Assembly (NCBI GenBank): GCA_047495785.1
Contig: JBLDXI010000019.1
Coordinates: forward strand, 3,410,001 to 3,474,000
Length of the DNA stretch: 64,000 nucleotides
Origin: Lepidodermella squamata
Taxonomy: Eukaryota; Animalia; Gastrotricha
Reading direction: 5' to 3'
Notes under the pieces: generated by a model
What the model was told of the DNA's origin: nothing
Seen by the model: only the letters and a program-made list of their open reading frames with translations
The model's database searches: none
Position numbers and translations under genes: made by a program
Part shown: piece by piece, positions 38,601 through 50,615 of the stretch
Position numbering within the stretch: the stretch's first letter is position 1
How the letters are laid out: the number at the start of each line of letters is the position of its first letter

Positions 38601-41600
38601 CTTCAGTGAAAAATGGCAACTGAGCACCATATTCTTATCTCATTTAAATTTACGGCGTTCGCTTCTGCAGGAATCGATGTGTACTAATAAAGTAAAATGG
38701 CATACAAGAAGGTTTGGGTTTAATCGGAAGGTGTTAAATCGTATTGCAAAAGCAAGGTAAACGACGAGTCAAGCCAGCGAAAGTATACAAGATTAGGCGG
38801 TGCGCATGAAACCATTGTCTCGTTATACAAAAGCATAGGAAATTTTTAACAAGCTTCGAAGGCTCGCACCAGCTGATTATTGCACTCGCACATTGAACCA
38901 TGCAAAGGTGTCGTTTTCTGCTTGTACACTGGCCGGGAGGCTTACTGTAGGTCTCATGACACTGGCATAAAATGAACACCCTTGCGTAACTTCACTTTTT
39001 AAGAGGTACCCTGCATAATTGAAGCCCAGGGATCGAAGAAAGACGACATATTGAGTATCGCTTTAGTCCGACTGGGTTAATTAAACCCCTGTATAAAGTC
39101 TAAGAAACCAGAGAAGTTCTATGGGCCCCTTCAACAGACATCGAAATCAATCGACATTCAATTAAACGACTCCTGTCTACACAATTTTCACGGTAAGGTA
39201 TCGCAAGATTTACAATACTTAGGTATTGCTACCGATGTATACTAATTCAGACTGAATTCAGGACATACAACAAGAATTACAACATACAACTATCAAATCA
39301 CAGAAGCGTCTCCTGTCTCCTCGACGTACTACGCCCGTGGTTGAACCAGCGGTGAGCCGGCGTTGGTCGGCCGTTTTATGGAGGGTGGGGCTCAGGCCCT
39401 TCCTTATAAAGGGAGGGCGTTTTGGGAGAGTTGGTTAGCCCATAAAATCCCATTATCTCCTACAATCCACTTTTTTTAATTTGAGCTAGCATTTCACTAG
39501 CACAAACAGCTGGATCCGTACATGGTAACAAGAGCACTTCCAGTACTTGTTGATATATTCGGGAAGGTAAGAGCAAATATACCGACGGCGTAAGGTGGAA
39601 TAGGAGCCGTAGTGCGGTTTGCTGAAGGGTTGACCGATGATGTGTAATTGATCGCCTGGAGATTTGACGAGGTACCAGTGTAGGAAAAGCGATAGTTATT
39701 GGTCTCGCCCGATGCCCAAAAGAAGGTTGCACCAGCGGTTGAGGGACCGTTTAATGAGAACCACGGTGTCATATCGTCGACTGAGCCGAGACCAAAGTTG
39801 AAATCGAGCGGAGCAACCACTGAGGCTTTCATGTCGCTGGCCGATGTTAGAGGACATCTCCCGACTGAATGAAGCTGCCTCCTGGTCAAAGCGGTTTGGT
39901 AAAACTGCAAACAAGCATAAGATGCTCCGGCGCTTCCTGGACCTCCAACTCTAAAATAGTTTTGAACAGTGTCCAAACCAACATCTGGACAGCTCACAGT
40001 GAAGGTATCGATTTTCTCTCCTTCTTGGACCAACGAAATTGTCGAGCTTGGGTAATCGTAGACAAAGCCAATGTAGCTCCAACGGTTCAGCGGGAATCTT
40101 CGCGTTGATGTGTAAGTTCTTGACGTAGAGTTGCCACGGCAAGCAAAGTATAGGACCAAAGTTTGCTGTGGAGCGATTCCCAAGGCGACTTTCGGGCTAC
40201 CCGATGATGAATCATCATACCAACCAAGCAGCCACTGACCGAGCCCAGTTGGTTTTATATGAACCAACATGGTCATTGACCAGGGATACGCAAAGCCAGC
40301 TGCTGAAGCGTTCATGTACAAGTAGTCTGATTGCGTCGACATGCGCCACGCCCTTGAAAAGATAAGCGGGTGCTTAAATGCAAAATATTGAACGTACAAG
40401 ACTCACGAGCTAGAATAGCTTAAGATTTTGTCACAAACAGGTGAACCAGCTGAGACTAGGCTCGTGGATGAGATTAGTCCTCCCAGCTTGCAATCGAGAG
40501 GATACAAGCCAGTTGGTGTCGGAGCTAAAAAATAGGAGAAAATTTCGATTAAGAGCGATGCTTTTCTGTCGGTAATTTTACTTCTCCATGGGCATAAACT
40601 CGCTTGTTCCGCCTCCGCACTGTCAAGTACTCTTCGGTAAATTTGCATGCACGAAAGCTTACCAGTCCAAGGGCCTCGAACAGTAATGTATGAGTTTACT
40701 TTTATCGCCGTTGGTGCGTTTATTTGGCAGTCGAGGCGACCAATGTAGCGCTCAACTCGATCGATGTAGACCCTAGCTGTAGTAGAGCGGCAGTCCAACG
40801 TGACCACCATGAAGAACCACTTGTTGACCGGAACGTTATAACTTGACGATAATGCAGCTAAGGTGGCATGGGGAAAACCATACGAATCCGTGTCATCCGA
40901 TAAGCTACCAACTCTCAACTGCGAGTTGCTCTGAATCCTGATATTGAAACCTCTTTTTGGGCTATAAGGTGTGGATTGCATCTAAAAATGATCATCTTCC
41001 GATAGAGACTCACCTCCCCAGTGAATATGAAACGAATAGGAAGAAATCCCCAGTAGCTTGAGTGTGATATATCCAAGCTGCATACGTATAGCCGTAGCTC
41101 AAATCCGAGCCTAGATTGTCCATTGGAATGAATAGCCCATTGTCAGCCCCAGTCCACTGAAGAGCTGAGAGTGGCTCATTATTAGGTCCAGTGCCATACG
41201 AAAGGCCGTTGGAGAAAATTCCATTATTACCATTTCCGCTCAGATCATCAGCTCGGTGGAGTATATCGAGCAGCCAGAGGCCATTGGGAACTAGAGTGAC
41301 CGAAGGCGGCAGCTGCGGCGTTACTACCTCGACCGAAGTTATAGTTTGTTTTGAGCCGAGGTCGATCGTCACATATGGCCTGTCCAAGTAGTTCAAAGTT
41401 CCAGTTTTCAGTCTTGTACAATTGAAATAACTCTTCTGCCGTATTACTCGGCCTTGAGTCAGTGCTGTAGCTGCTGCTGTTTTGTAGCTACTCGTTTCAG
41501 CAGTGTAGGCCTTGGCTATGGAAGCCTTGTTCGCGAGATTCGGGGAATATCTTGGGGTAGTTTTGCATCCCAGAAGCTCCAGTTTGAAGCAGATCGAACC

Positions 41601-42830
41601 AGAAAAGGTGACTGGCTCAATCTTGAAAAATCGGCCTACTATCGGCTTTGGGAAAACAAACATCGCAAGTCTAGTTGCATCTACGTTCCCGTTTATCAAG
41701 GATAAACCATTATTGTCATTAACAGCCGACCAATCGCTGCTACCCTTGGCTTTTGACGACAATCGGAACATTGTAACCCAAGAGCTGAGTCGACTGCAAC
41801 CTTGGAATTGAACTGCTGTAACGATTGAAGCTTTTCGTAGGTCGATTATGAGAGGGGATTGAGATTGTGCGCCTGTCATTGCCCAATTGAGACGAGCGGT
41901 CTGATTTGCAGAAAGCTGCCAATCTTCGATTTCTCCATTTTCCAGACCAAGTGGCTCCATGCAGTACGCTGGGCATCCTCGGAAACCAAATCGGCCCTGT
42001 CGGCTGCTAGTATCCAGGGCACTAGGCGATGCTGTTATAATTTTGATGTACTGCAAAAGAATAGGTCGAAATAATTCATAGACGATTGGCTGATCAACGC
42101 CCCCAGCAACTGGAATAATAACTGTTCCACCGCGACCTTTTTCTACCGGGTAAAAAGAAACCCCATCAAAACTATATTCGAGACGAACTCCAGCTTGATA
42201 TGATAGCCAAAAGAAATGGAAATGAGTCAACCAAACAAAGCGCTGCAGGTCAGTTCTAATCCACCCGCCGAGTGCAGTGTTCGAACCCAAGCCAAAATAC
42301 CAGTTCGAGGTCGCAAAAAATCTGCCCCAATTCGGCTTTTCGCCATTTGATGACGATGTCGAAAACGCTGAATCGCTGACGTAGGAAGTGTCGAGATCAA
42401 GCACCTCAATGTCGCAATGGTTCCGCTTGGTGCAAGGTAATGACCTTGCAGCTTTGAGAATCGCTTGGAAATACGCAGTCCTAACGCCAGTTTTGTTGTT
42501 AACGCTATTCGGAGTAGCGCTGAATGAAACTGCGTCCGTATTCGCAGCCAATTTGACTATTTGTGACCCGGCAATTGAGAATTCCCAGAGCAAACATGTT
42601 TTAGTCGATTTTGTGTATTGTCCAGATTCGCAATTGATCATGGTGTTGCAGGCTGCCATGCATGCGGCCTGAGAGCTAACGGATGTGAGTGTCGCTAGCA
42701 AATGAGGGCTCAAATCCATGCTTGAAACCACAGAATCGATGGAGCTATCCTTGTACATTTGGTAATGAACTCCGCTGAATGAAACGGAGTTCATCGAATA
42801 AAGGATCATGAGAGCAAACACAGCTCTCAT
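35614..42830 (-). CDS. Paralog B of the secreted PAN/F5-8/LamG/F-type-lectin-like protein; exon 4 interrupted by a 1.7 kb insertion (possibly a disrupted allele or pseudogene)
   Basis: Exons 42830-41014, 40961-40582, 40524-40407, 40352-(insertion 37790-39508)-37538, 37479-37362, 37307-36994, 36940-36802 and 36752-35614, with introns of 49-58 nt. It is colinear with protein A throughout. Removing the insertion plus one TSD restores ...TMYGSSQPKHTIRLLP... Confidence 0.85.
37790..39508. mobile_element. 1719-bp TG...CA element (solo-LTR-like) with 6-bp TSD GCTGGA inserted in a coding exon
   Basis: Ends are TGTTT...AAACA, with a perfect TSD at 37784-37789 and 39509-39514. There is no long ORF. 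TATAAA occurs near 39405 and a GC hairpin at 38202-38227. Confidence 0.85.
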
Positions 42831-44459
42831 TTTCAAAATATGCGTTATAAAAAATAATTGTGTCTTTGACGTTTTTGCGCTAGTTCATTATGATCAATGT
42901 CAGAAGGTGCGAAAGTCTGTCGTCATTTCGTAAATAATTGATGACAAAAAACACCACAACGGTAAATTATAAATTACCCGTTCCAATTACACACTTGATC
43001 TTAGCGGTGAAAGAATTCAAGGCATCTAAGATACGGTAGACAGCAACATCTACAAGCCATTGTCTTTGGGTGGCTTGCCCTTTAGGTTTTCTCCCGTCAT
43101 GCAAGATAAGAGGTGAATTTTGCAACTTTTCTGTACGCGAATTGTCTTTATTTGCATCAGACAAATTATGTCTTATTTAACCGACAACCGATAAGTGACT
43201 AATAAACTCCGACATGCACTTGTTCGATCGTGCTGTCTGTCCTCACGCGGAGTCATTTACGGGCGCTATACACCGTCGTCCGTCGTCACATCATCAATAA
43301 GGTGCGCAAATTAAAACAATAGGGTAAAGTTTCCTAAACACGCAAAGACGTTTTCGGCTTTTTTCGTACAATTGGCGTACAGTTGGCCACGGTCTTCGCC
43401 GTTTTTAAAGGTACTATTACTCGAAACGGTAGCCCGGAATCGCTTAAATTAAGTGAGTATGCATTACCTATAGGTTCGGAATAAGGCCTTTATTCTCGTT
43501 ATCCGGTGGAACTTCTTTGCTATTGGATATCGATTTTTGAAAGTAGCAACGAAAATCGTGACGATCGAAATTTGCGATGATTTCCAAGGGATTCCTTTAT
43601 GCAAAAATGGTCGCAAAATTTCGGTGAAAATATCCCTATCATCAGGATGACCTAAGCTATCGATCCATATACAAGTGTTCATATTTTGCGATTTTTTTGG
43701 TAATTTTTCAAGTTTAGCGCTGGCATGACCAAATAAAAATGGCGGGTTTCACAATTTGAAAATCCGGAAACATTCCCTCGATAAAGCTGTCGATCATGTT
43801 GGCATTGAAGATTTGTGCTCATATTCGTACTACGATCCATCGAAAGAGTGGATAAATATCACCGGCATGAATCAGCTGACCGCAGAGACGTCGTTGTTGA
43901 CTGGACGCCATTCGACTCACGCCATGAACGTACGTTAACCGGGGTCACTGCTAACTCTGTACCATCGATGTCCCACTGACCGAGGCGCTTGACCCGAAAT
44001 GGGGCGTTGGTTATTCATATTATTTTACATTCACTTAGCTAATGCGCGCATATTCATAAAGGCACATAGAGAGGCTTTGCACACGAGTGACCCTTGCCCC
44101 CTCAACTTTTGACACTATGACACGATGGTAAGCGCCCGATCTTCACTATCTATGCATTTTCAGCATAATATCCTTGGAGCCGTAGTCATAGGAAACGACT
44201 TTGTAAACATGGAAATAAGTTCGGGAGCCGCTGAAATCAAGTGATTCAAGTTTCATCGTAAGCTGGGTATACACAGAGCCAAAGTCCCGTACGCCATAAT
44301 TTGTTTTTCTCACAAACGTCAAAGACAAATTAAGCGACAAAGTAGTCCCAAATCCATAACCATGCCGGCAACTTTTCGAAGAGCCTAATATCAAGCAAAA
44401 CGAGTAGATTTGGGTCATTGTCAGGCTTTTAGCACGAGTCGAAGCGGTGATCTGATCAA

Positions 44460-44517
44460 TCTGACCTATTTTTACTGGAAGCTATTTTAACTCGTTTCAA
44501 GAACGGAGGAGTCACTT
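44460..44517 (+). promoter_or_regulatory. Upstream motifs conserved between the two GPCR paralogs (includes an AGGTCA half-site)
   Basis: TCTGACCTATTTT (44460-44472) and AACGGAGGAGTCACTT (44502-44517) are exact reverse complements of 50429-50441 and 50376-50391. Confidence 0.5.
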
Positions 44518-44705
44518 TCGCTGCTAATGACGTCGCTTGCTTTGCACTTCTCTTTTTTATAACACGCCGACATTCGGTAGAATGACCCTGCTGCCAGGGT
44601 ACAAATTGTACACATTTGAAATTAGCTGTCTTCTGTAGCCATATCACACACATATAGCATCGCGATTTTTCTGATCAGATGTCATAAGACTTTTTATCTA
44701 CTGAA

Positions 44706-47048
44706 ATGTTCTTCAAAAATTTCATCTGTACACTTTTGCCCCTGCTAAGTCACCAGCAATCAGTCGGCAGAACGACTGATTTGCATGTATTCACCCTGGT
44801 ACCCCTGACCGGCCGCGAGCCTTCAGACGGACGGGTTTGCGTTACAGCTTTGAAGATTCTCGTTGAAAGCTTGATGAACCAAACCAACTTCCTGCCGGGC
44901 TTCAACATTGTACTCAGAATCGAAGACGAAGCAAGAGCCGCAGCACAGTCTTCACGAACCTATTTCAAATTCATCGACAACTTCAAGCCAAACAATTTCT
45001 CAATCATAGCTCCAGTCATATTTGGACCTTATTTAAACTGCCAAATCTTCAATTACATCCCGAAGTTCTACAATCAAGTTTCATTCTCAAATGGGTGCAC
45101 TGGGCCGCTTGTTGTAGCGAAGAAAGCGAATGTTTTGAATTCATTATACCGTTCGCTCGGTCCATCTGAGCTGAACATACCCTTTCGGCTTCATTTTATA
45201 AAAGAGTACGGTAAGTGGAACCAGATTGGGGTAGTAACCTTTTCTGGGAATAGCAACGACCAAGTCTTAGCTAGAATGATGATTGATTCGAATGTTACCA
45301 ATGTTCATTTCGATGTTGGCCCCGATTTCAACCGAGTGATGGCTGAGAGGATCAGAGATAGTGACGCTCGTGTTATTTCAATAGATACTACCGACTTGAA
45401 CTTTTGCATGCAATTTCTATGCGAAACCTACGCAGCAGGAGTTAGGGCTCCTACTTACGTATTCATTTTCCACTTCCCATGCTACACTCCCCCAGATAAT
45501 CCCAGCCTTGTGCTACCGAAAGGATGCGGGCGGGAAGCGATATTGGAGCAAATGAAAGCTTCTTTCTTCATTGGGGTGTATCAAAGAGCTGTTCAACCAA
45601 CTTGGACATCTTCAATTGGGTATAATGTGCCCCAATTCGACGCGATGCTGGACTCAGCTCTGAATTACAGAATTTTAGGGGATAACGAACTGCGTCATAC
45701 GTGTCACGACGCGATGGCAGCAGCCTTGATCGGATTGAACACATCTGAGGTGATTTTGAAGACTCAATTCAACTCTTCGTTGAAAGACTTCACAAAGAAC
45801 CCTGAATTAGCTTTTCAAGTAATGAATCGAACTGCAGCGACAACGGATTTCTTCGGTCTGAGGATTGGTAGGATAAAATACTCAGCACGCGGAGAGATAG
45901 ACGATGACCAAGTCTTTGTATCTCAGTGGTACAACTCATCTCTGAGGCACATTTATCGAATCAATAGGAACGGTGGCTCGCGGACTAATTTCACAGTTTT
46001 CAGTTTCAACGAACCGATTTGGCATACAAAGACAGGAAAGCCGCCGAAAGACCTATCAAACATTGACATCAGAAACGTTGGCAAAATGTCGGCGTCAACA
46101 TTCTCAGGAACTGTTGCGTTCACTGTGATTAGTGAAGTTATTGTTATTCTGCTGCCATTCTTTGCGAGGATGAAGTTAGAAATTGAATCTGCAATCACAA
46201 TTTTCAGTCTACTCATTATTGGGTCGTCAGCCGTTTTGCATTCATTTGAAGGATCGGAACCGGTGCTATCGGTGTGCAATGCTCGGGTTGTTACCACTGT
46301 AGTTGGGGCATCGTTACTTAGCCAGCACATTTTCTTCAATATTTGGTCTTACAAGCGACTAATATCCCAATCGAAGAAGAAATGTATCAGTGGCCGGAAG
46401 AGCTTAGCCCGTATGGCATCTTACAGATCTGTCGGAGCTTTAAACAAAGTACCTCTTGGTAAAACGTTCAGCTCAATGTCTCAGAACCTTCAACGAGCTG
46501 CAATTCCGGAACTGATTCAATCCCATGACCCAGATTGGAAGGGCGCATTGGGGTGTCAAATCACTGTCGCCCTGATTTTGATGATTTTCTTGCTTGCCAT
46601 CGATCCATTGAAGATCATATCGTCATCTTCGAAAGTTCAATTCGATTCAACCGCAGATGCCTATTTCATTGAGCGAGAGTTGTTTTGTCACGGAGAATAC
46701 TTCTTAATTTGGACTGGTGCTCTACTTTCTATTCATTTCACGATGCTGTTAATGGCTTCCTTTATCGCATACTCCGCTCGTCACGCTGCGTTTGCACCTG
46801 CTCTTGAAGTTGAATTCAAATCTTTCGCGTTAGGTGCATTGAATGCAGCAACAGTTATAGCAGCGATGGTTCTTATTATGGTTATAATGTCGTCTAACCG
46901 CGTCGGGGATCAAATGATGGCTATGTCTGTTGGTTTGACTATCTTGTCTACTTCAAGCGGAATGCTGCTTCTGGCACGTCCTGCTATTTTGAAATTGAGA
47001 GCTGATAGAAGTGTTGTCGACCTGGGTAGGCTGTCTGCGCTGAACTGA
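44706..47048 (+). CDS. Intronless class C GPCR, GABA-B-receptor-like (Venus flytrap + 7TM, no Cys-rich domain), 780 aa
   Basis: Signal peptide; ANF-receptor-like domain (FLPGFNIVL, KWNQIGVV, HDAMAAALIGLN, DFFGLRIGRIKY); W..GKPPKD linker; seven hydrophobic segments with VCNAR before TM3 and IDPL after TM4. Confidence 0.88.
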   Translation: MFFKNFICTLLPLLSHQQSVGRTTDLHVFTLVPLTGREPSDGRVCVTALKILVESLMNQTNFLPGFNIVLRIEDEARAAAQSSRTYFKFIDNFKPNNFSIIAPVIFGPYLNCQIFNYIPKFYNQVSFSNGCTGPLVVAKKANVLNSLYRSLGPSELNIPFRLHFIKEYGKWNQIGVVTFSGNSNDQVLARMMIDSNVTNVHFDVGPDFNRVMAERIRDSDARVISIDTTDLNFCMQFLCETYAAGVRAPTYVFIFHFPCYTPPDNPSLVLPKGCGREAILEQMKASFFIGVYQRAVQPTWTSSIGYNVPQFDAMLDSALNYRILGDNELRHTCHDAMAAALIGLNTSEVILKTQFNSSLKDFTKNPELAFQVMNRTAATTDFFGLRIGRIKYSARGEIDDDQVFVSQWYNSSLRHIYRINRNGGSRTNFTVFSFNEPIWHTKTGKPPKDLSNIDIRNVGKMSASTFSGTVAFTVISEVIVILLPFFARMKLEIESAITIFSLLIIGSSAVLHSFEGSEPVLSVCNARVVTTVVGASLLSQHIFFNIWSYKRLISQSKKKCISGRKSLARMASYRSVGALNKVPLGKTFSSMSQNLQRAAIPELIQSHDPDWKGALGCQITVALILMIFLLAIDPLKIISSSSKVQFDSTADAYFIERELFCHGEYFLIWTGALLSIHFTMLLMASFIAYSARHAAFAPALEVEFKSFALGALNAATVIAAMVLIMVIMSSNRVGDQMMAMSVGLTILSTSSGMLLLARPAILKLRADRSVVDLGRLSALN

Positions 47049-47791
47049 AGCAAGGATCTGGAACTGTGAATATGTAGCATTATTAATGGCAGACTTGCTA
47101 GCTTTTTTACGACAGAAACTAACATTTTCATAATTTTTCTTGTGCACTGGATTAGCTGGAAAATCATTGACAAATAATGTCTTAGGTATTCGACTTTTAG
47201 GACATTTAGGGGATGGAAATAGTTTTCACAGCGAAATCTTCAGCTTCACCTTGAATCAGTGAAGTTCAGCTTCAGAGTTTCTTGAACTCACCTCGCAAGT
47301 GGCGATTTGAGCAGCATTCGTAGAAAGTCGGATGCAGGTCAGCGAAATCTCAAAAGAAAAGACAACAAGTTTCGAAAAAAATGCGATATCATTCGAAAAT
47401 GAACATTGGCAGTAATGCATGATAATATAGATAATTTACTCGCAGGTTCAATCTTTTTAATTACCAGCTGTATCAGGGGCAGAAAATATATATTATTCAA
47501 CTCCTAGATTATATAGTAAACATTACGTAAAGCATTATATATCCTAATAGTGAACTATTGGCAGCATTCAAATCAGCATAAGACGTGAGGGAATAATATG
47601 TTGATGCTATATTATATAATCGATCGAATTGGTCGGAAGTCGGAAGATTCGCGAGTCATATGTATTCCTACAACATACGGGCAACAACACAAAACAATGT
47701 GCGTTTCAGTCAAATTGTGTTCCCGAAGAAGTTGAGGTATTCAGGTTTCTCTTGATTCTTATGCCTAACCATCAGATCCCAAGTTCGGGCC

Positions 47792-50137
47792 TCAGTTCAT
47801 TGCGGACACTCTACCCATGTCATAAACGCCTCTGCCGGCTCTAAACTTTAAATACGCAGGGCGTGCCAGAAGCAGCATTCCGCTCGTTGAAGATAGGATT
47901 GACAAACCAACTGACATCGCTGTCATTTGATCCCCCACGCGGTAAGATGCCATTATAACCATGATTAGCGATATCGCCGCAATAACCGTCGCAGCATTCA
48001 CTGCACCAAGTGCCAAAGATTTGAATTCATTTTCAAGGGCAGGTGCATAGACTGCAGCATCGTGCCGAGCGGAGTAAGCGACAAAGCAAGCTATTAATAG
48101 CATCGTGAAATGAATCGCAAGAAGAGCCCCACCCCAGTACAAGAGATAATTTGCTTGGCAGAAAATTTCCCGTTCAATGAAATAGGCATCGGCGATCGAA
48201 TCGAACTGAACCTTCGAAGATGATGATTCAATCTTTAATGGGTTGATGACAAGCAAGAAAAGTATCAAAATTAGGGCCACAGCAATTTGACAGCCTAATA
48301 CCGCTTTCCATTCTATATTGGGAGCTTCGATAAAATCAGGCAAAGCAGACTGACGACTGTTTCGAGACATTGAACTGAAAGTTTGCCCCAGTGGTATTTT
48401 GTTCAAACCTACTCCCGATCTAGACTTACGAGCCATTCTCCTTCTCTGGGCTTTTAGTCCTTTCAGTATTAGTGTTGATAGAAGTCGTTTGTATGACCAC
48501 AGGCTGAAAAGGAGATGTTGGCAAAGTAGAGAAGTTCCAACTACAGTGGTCACAATCCGAGCGTTGCATATAGACAACTCAGGTTCTGAACCATCAAATG
48601 AGTTCAAAACTGCAGATGCCCCAATAATGAGTAGACTGAACAGGATCATCGCAGATTCAACGCGGAGTTTTAGCTTCAACAAGATGGGCATTCCTATGTT
48701 AAAAACTGCTGATACAGCAGCGAATCCAACAGTGCCCCAGAGCGTGGACGCCTTTATCCTGCCAACAATTCTGACTTCAATGTTTGATAGGTCTTTAGGC
48801 GGCTTCCCAGTCTTTGTATGCCAAATTGGAGGGTTGAAATTCAATACCGTGAAATTAGTCCTCGAGCCACCATTTCTATTGATTCGAAAGATGTGCCTCA
48901 AAGACGAGTTGTACCACTGTGATACAAGGACTTGGTCATCGTCTATCTCTCCGCGTGCCGAATATTTGATCCTACCAATCCTCAGCCCGAAGTAATCCGT
49001 CGTTACTGCGGTTTCATTCATTATTCTAAACACCAAATCAGGGTTCTTTGTGTAATCCTTCAAAGATAATTTATACTGTGTTTTCAAAATTTCCTCAGTT
49101 CTGTTCAGTCCGAGCAGGGCTGCAGCAATAGCATCATGACATGTGTGTCTCATTTCGTTATCTCCAAAAATTTTATAGTTCAGAGCCGAGTCCAGCAATG
49201 CGTCAAATTGAGGGACGTTGTACCCTATTGAAGATGTCCAAGACGGTTGAACAGCTCGTTGATACACTCCGAGGTAGAAAGAAGCTTTCATTTGCTCCAA
49301 AATCGCCTCCCTAGCGCATCCTTTCGGTAGAACCAGGTTCGGATTGTCAGGTGGGGTGTAGCCGCCAAAGTGAAACAGGAACACGTAATTCGGCGCTCTA
49401 ACACCCACGGCATAGGTTTCACAAAGAAACTGCATGCAAAAGTTCAAGTCGACAGAATCGACAGAAATAACACGAGCGTCACTGTCTCTGATTCGTTCAG
49501 CCATCAATCGGTTGAAATCTGGGCCAATATCGAAATGAACAACGGTGACATTCGAATCAATCATCAGCCTTGCAAGTATTTGGTCGTTGCCGTTCCCGGA
49601 GAAGGTGACTACGCCAATCTGGTTCCACTTGCCGTACTCTTTTATGAAATAATGTCGGAAAGGAACACTCAATTCAGATGGCCCAAGCGAACTATACAAC
49701 GAACGTAGTACATTCGCTTTCTTCGCAACGACAAGCGGCCCATTACATCCGCTTGAGAAGGAAACTTGCTTCAGGAACTGAGGAATGTAGCTGAAGGTCT
49801 GACAATTAACCAATGGTCCAAAGATGAGCGGTGCTAAGATTGAGGAATTGTTTGGCTTGAAGTTGTCGATGAATTTGAAATAGGTTCGTGAAGACTGTGT
49901 TGCGGCTCTTGCTTCGTCTTCGATTCTGAGTACAATGTTGTAGCCCGGCAGGAAGTTGGTTTGGTTCATCAAGCTTTCAACGAGAATTTTCAGGGTTGTA
50001 ACGCAAACCCTTCCGTCAGAAGGCTCACGGCCTGTTAGCGGTATCAGGGTGAATAAATGCAAGTCCGTCGTTCGGTTAGCTGATTGTTGGTGACTTAGCA
50101 GGGGCAATAATGTAAAGATCAAACCTCTGAGGAACAT
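47792..50137 (-). CDS. Intronless class C GPCR, GABA-B-receptor-like, inverted paralog of 44706-47048, 781 aa
   Basis: Colinear and highly similar to the + strand copy over the full length; convergent orientation. Confidence 0.88.
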   Translation of the reverse strand: MFLRGLIFTLLPLLSHQQSANRTTDLHLFTLIPLTGREPSDGRVCVTTLKILVESLMNQTNFLPGYNIVLRIEDEARAATQSSRTYFKFIDNFKPNNSSILAPLIFGPLVNCQTFSYIPQFLKQVSFSSGCNGPLVVAKKANVLRSLYSSLGPSELSVPFRHYFIKEYGKWNQIGVVTFSGNGNDQILARLMIDSNVTVVHFDIGPDFNRLMAERIRDSDARVISVDSVDLNFCMQFLCETYAVGVRAPNYVFLFHFGGYTPPDNPNLVLPKGCAREAILEQMKASFYLGVYQRAVQPSWTSSIGYNVPQFDALLDSALNYKIFGDNEMRHTCHDAIAAALLGLNRTEEILKTQYKLSLKDYTKNPDLVFRIMNETAVTTDYFGLRIGRIKYSARGEIDDDQVLVSQWYNSSLRHIFRINRNGGSRTNFTVLNFNPPIWHTKTGKPPKDLSNIEVRIVGRIKASTLWGTVGFAAVSAVFNIGMPILLKLKLRVESAMILFSLLIIGASAVLNSFDGSEPELSICNARIVTTVVGTSLLCQHLLFSLWSYKRLLSTLILKGLKAQRRRMARKSRSGVGLNKIPLGQTFSSMSRNSRQSALPDFIEAPNIEWKAVLGCQIAVALILILFLLVINPLKIESSSSKVQFDSIADAYFIEREIFCQANYLLYWGGALLAIHFTMLLIACFVAYSARHDAAVYAPALENEFKSLALGAVNAATVIAAISLIMVIMASYRVGDQMTAMSVGLSILSSTSGMLLLARPAYLKFRAGRGVYDMGRVSAMN

Positions 50138-50615
50138 TTTAATGATTATTATGTCATATACGGAAGCTCATCAGAAAAATCTCCCTGATATATACTTGCT
50201 GAATGGATACAGGATACAGCCAATTGCGAATGTTCATAAGCAAAATCGTGATTGACATTATTTGATACAGCCAATAGCTAACAGCGAAATGCGCATGAGT
50301 AGATTTGGCAGGGTCACACTACCGATAGTTATGTTATAATACAGAGACGTGCAAATCAAGCCTTATGAGGAGCATAAGTGACTCCTCCGTTTTCAGTTCT
50401 CAAATCCGTGAAATCAGCGGTCATCAATAAAATAGGTCAGAATTTATTTAAATGAATTTTAGTGTAGAGGATATACATCAGGTACTTGAAACACTGCGAT
50501 CGTTATAGCAGCACCAAAGCTCACTAAGAGGTCCTACCCCGCCACTAGTGCCACTAAGTATATGATTCTTGCTTCGTGGCAGCGATCCAATGACGGCAAT
50601 TTCAATCGGTTAGAC

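Noticed and set aside
40982-41013. 32-nt intron using the strong TTTTTAG acceptor in gene B
   Set aside because: It gives a frameshift. The TATAG acceptor at 40962 (52 nt) keeps frame and aligns with paralog A.
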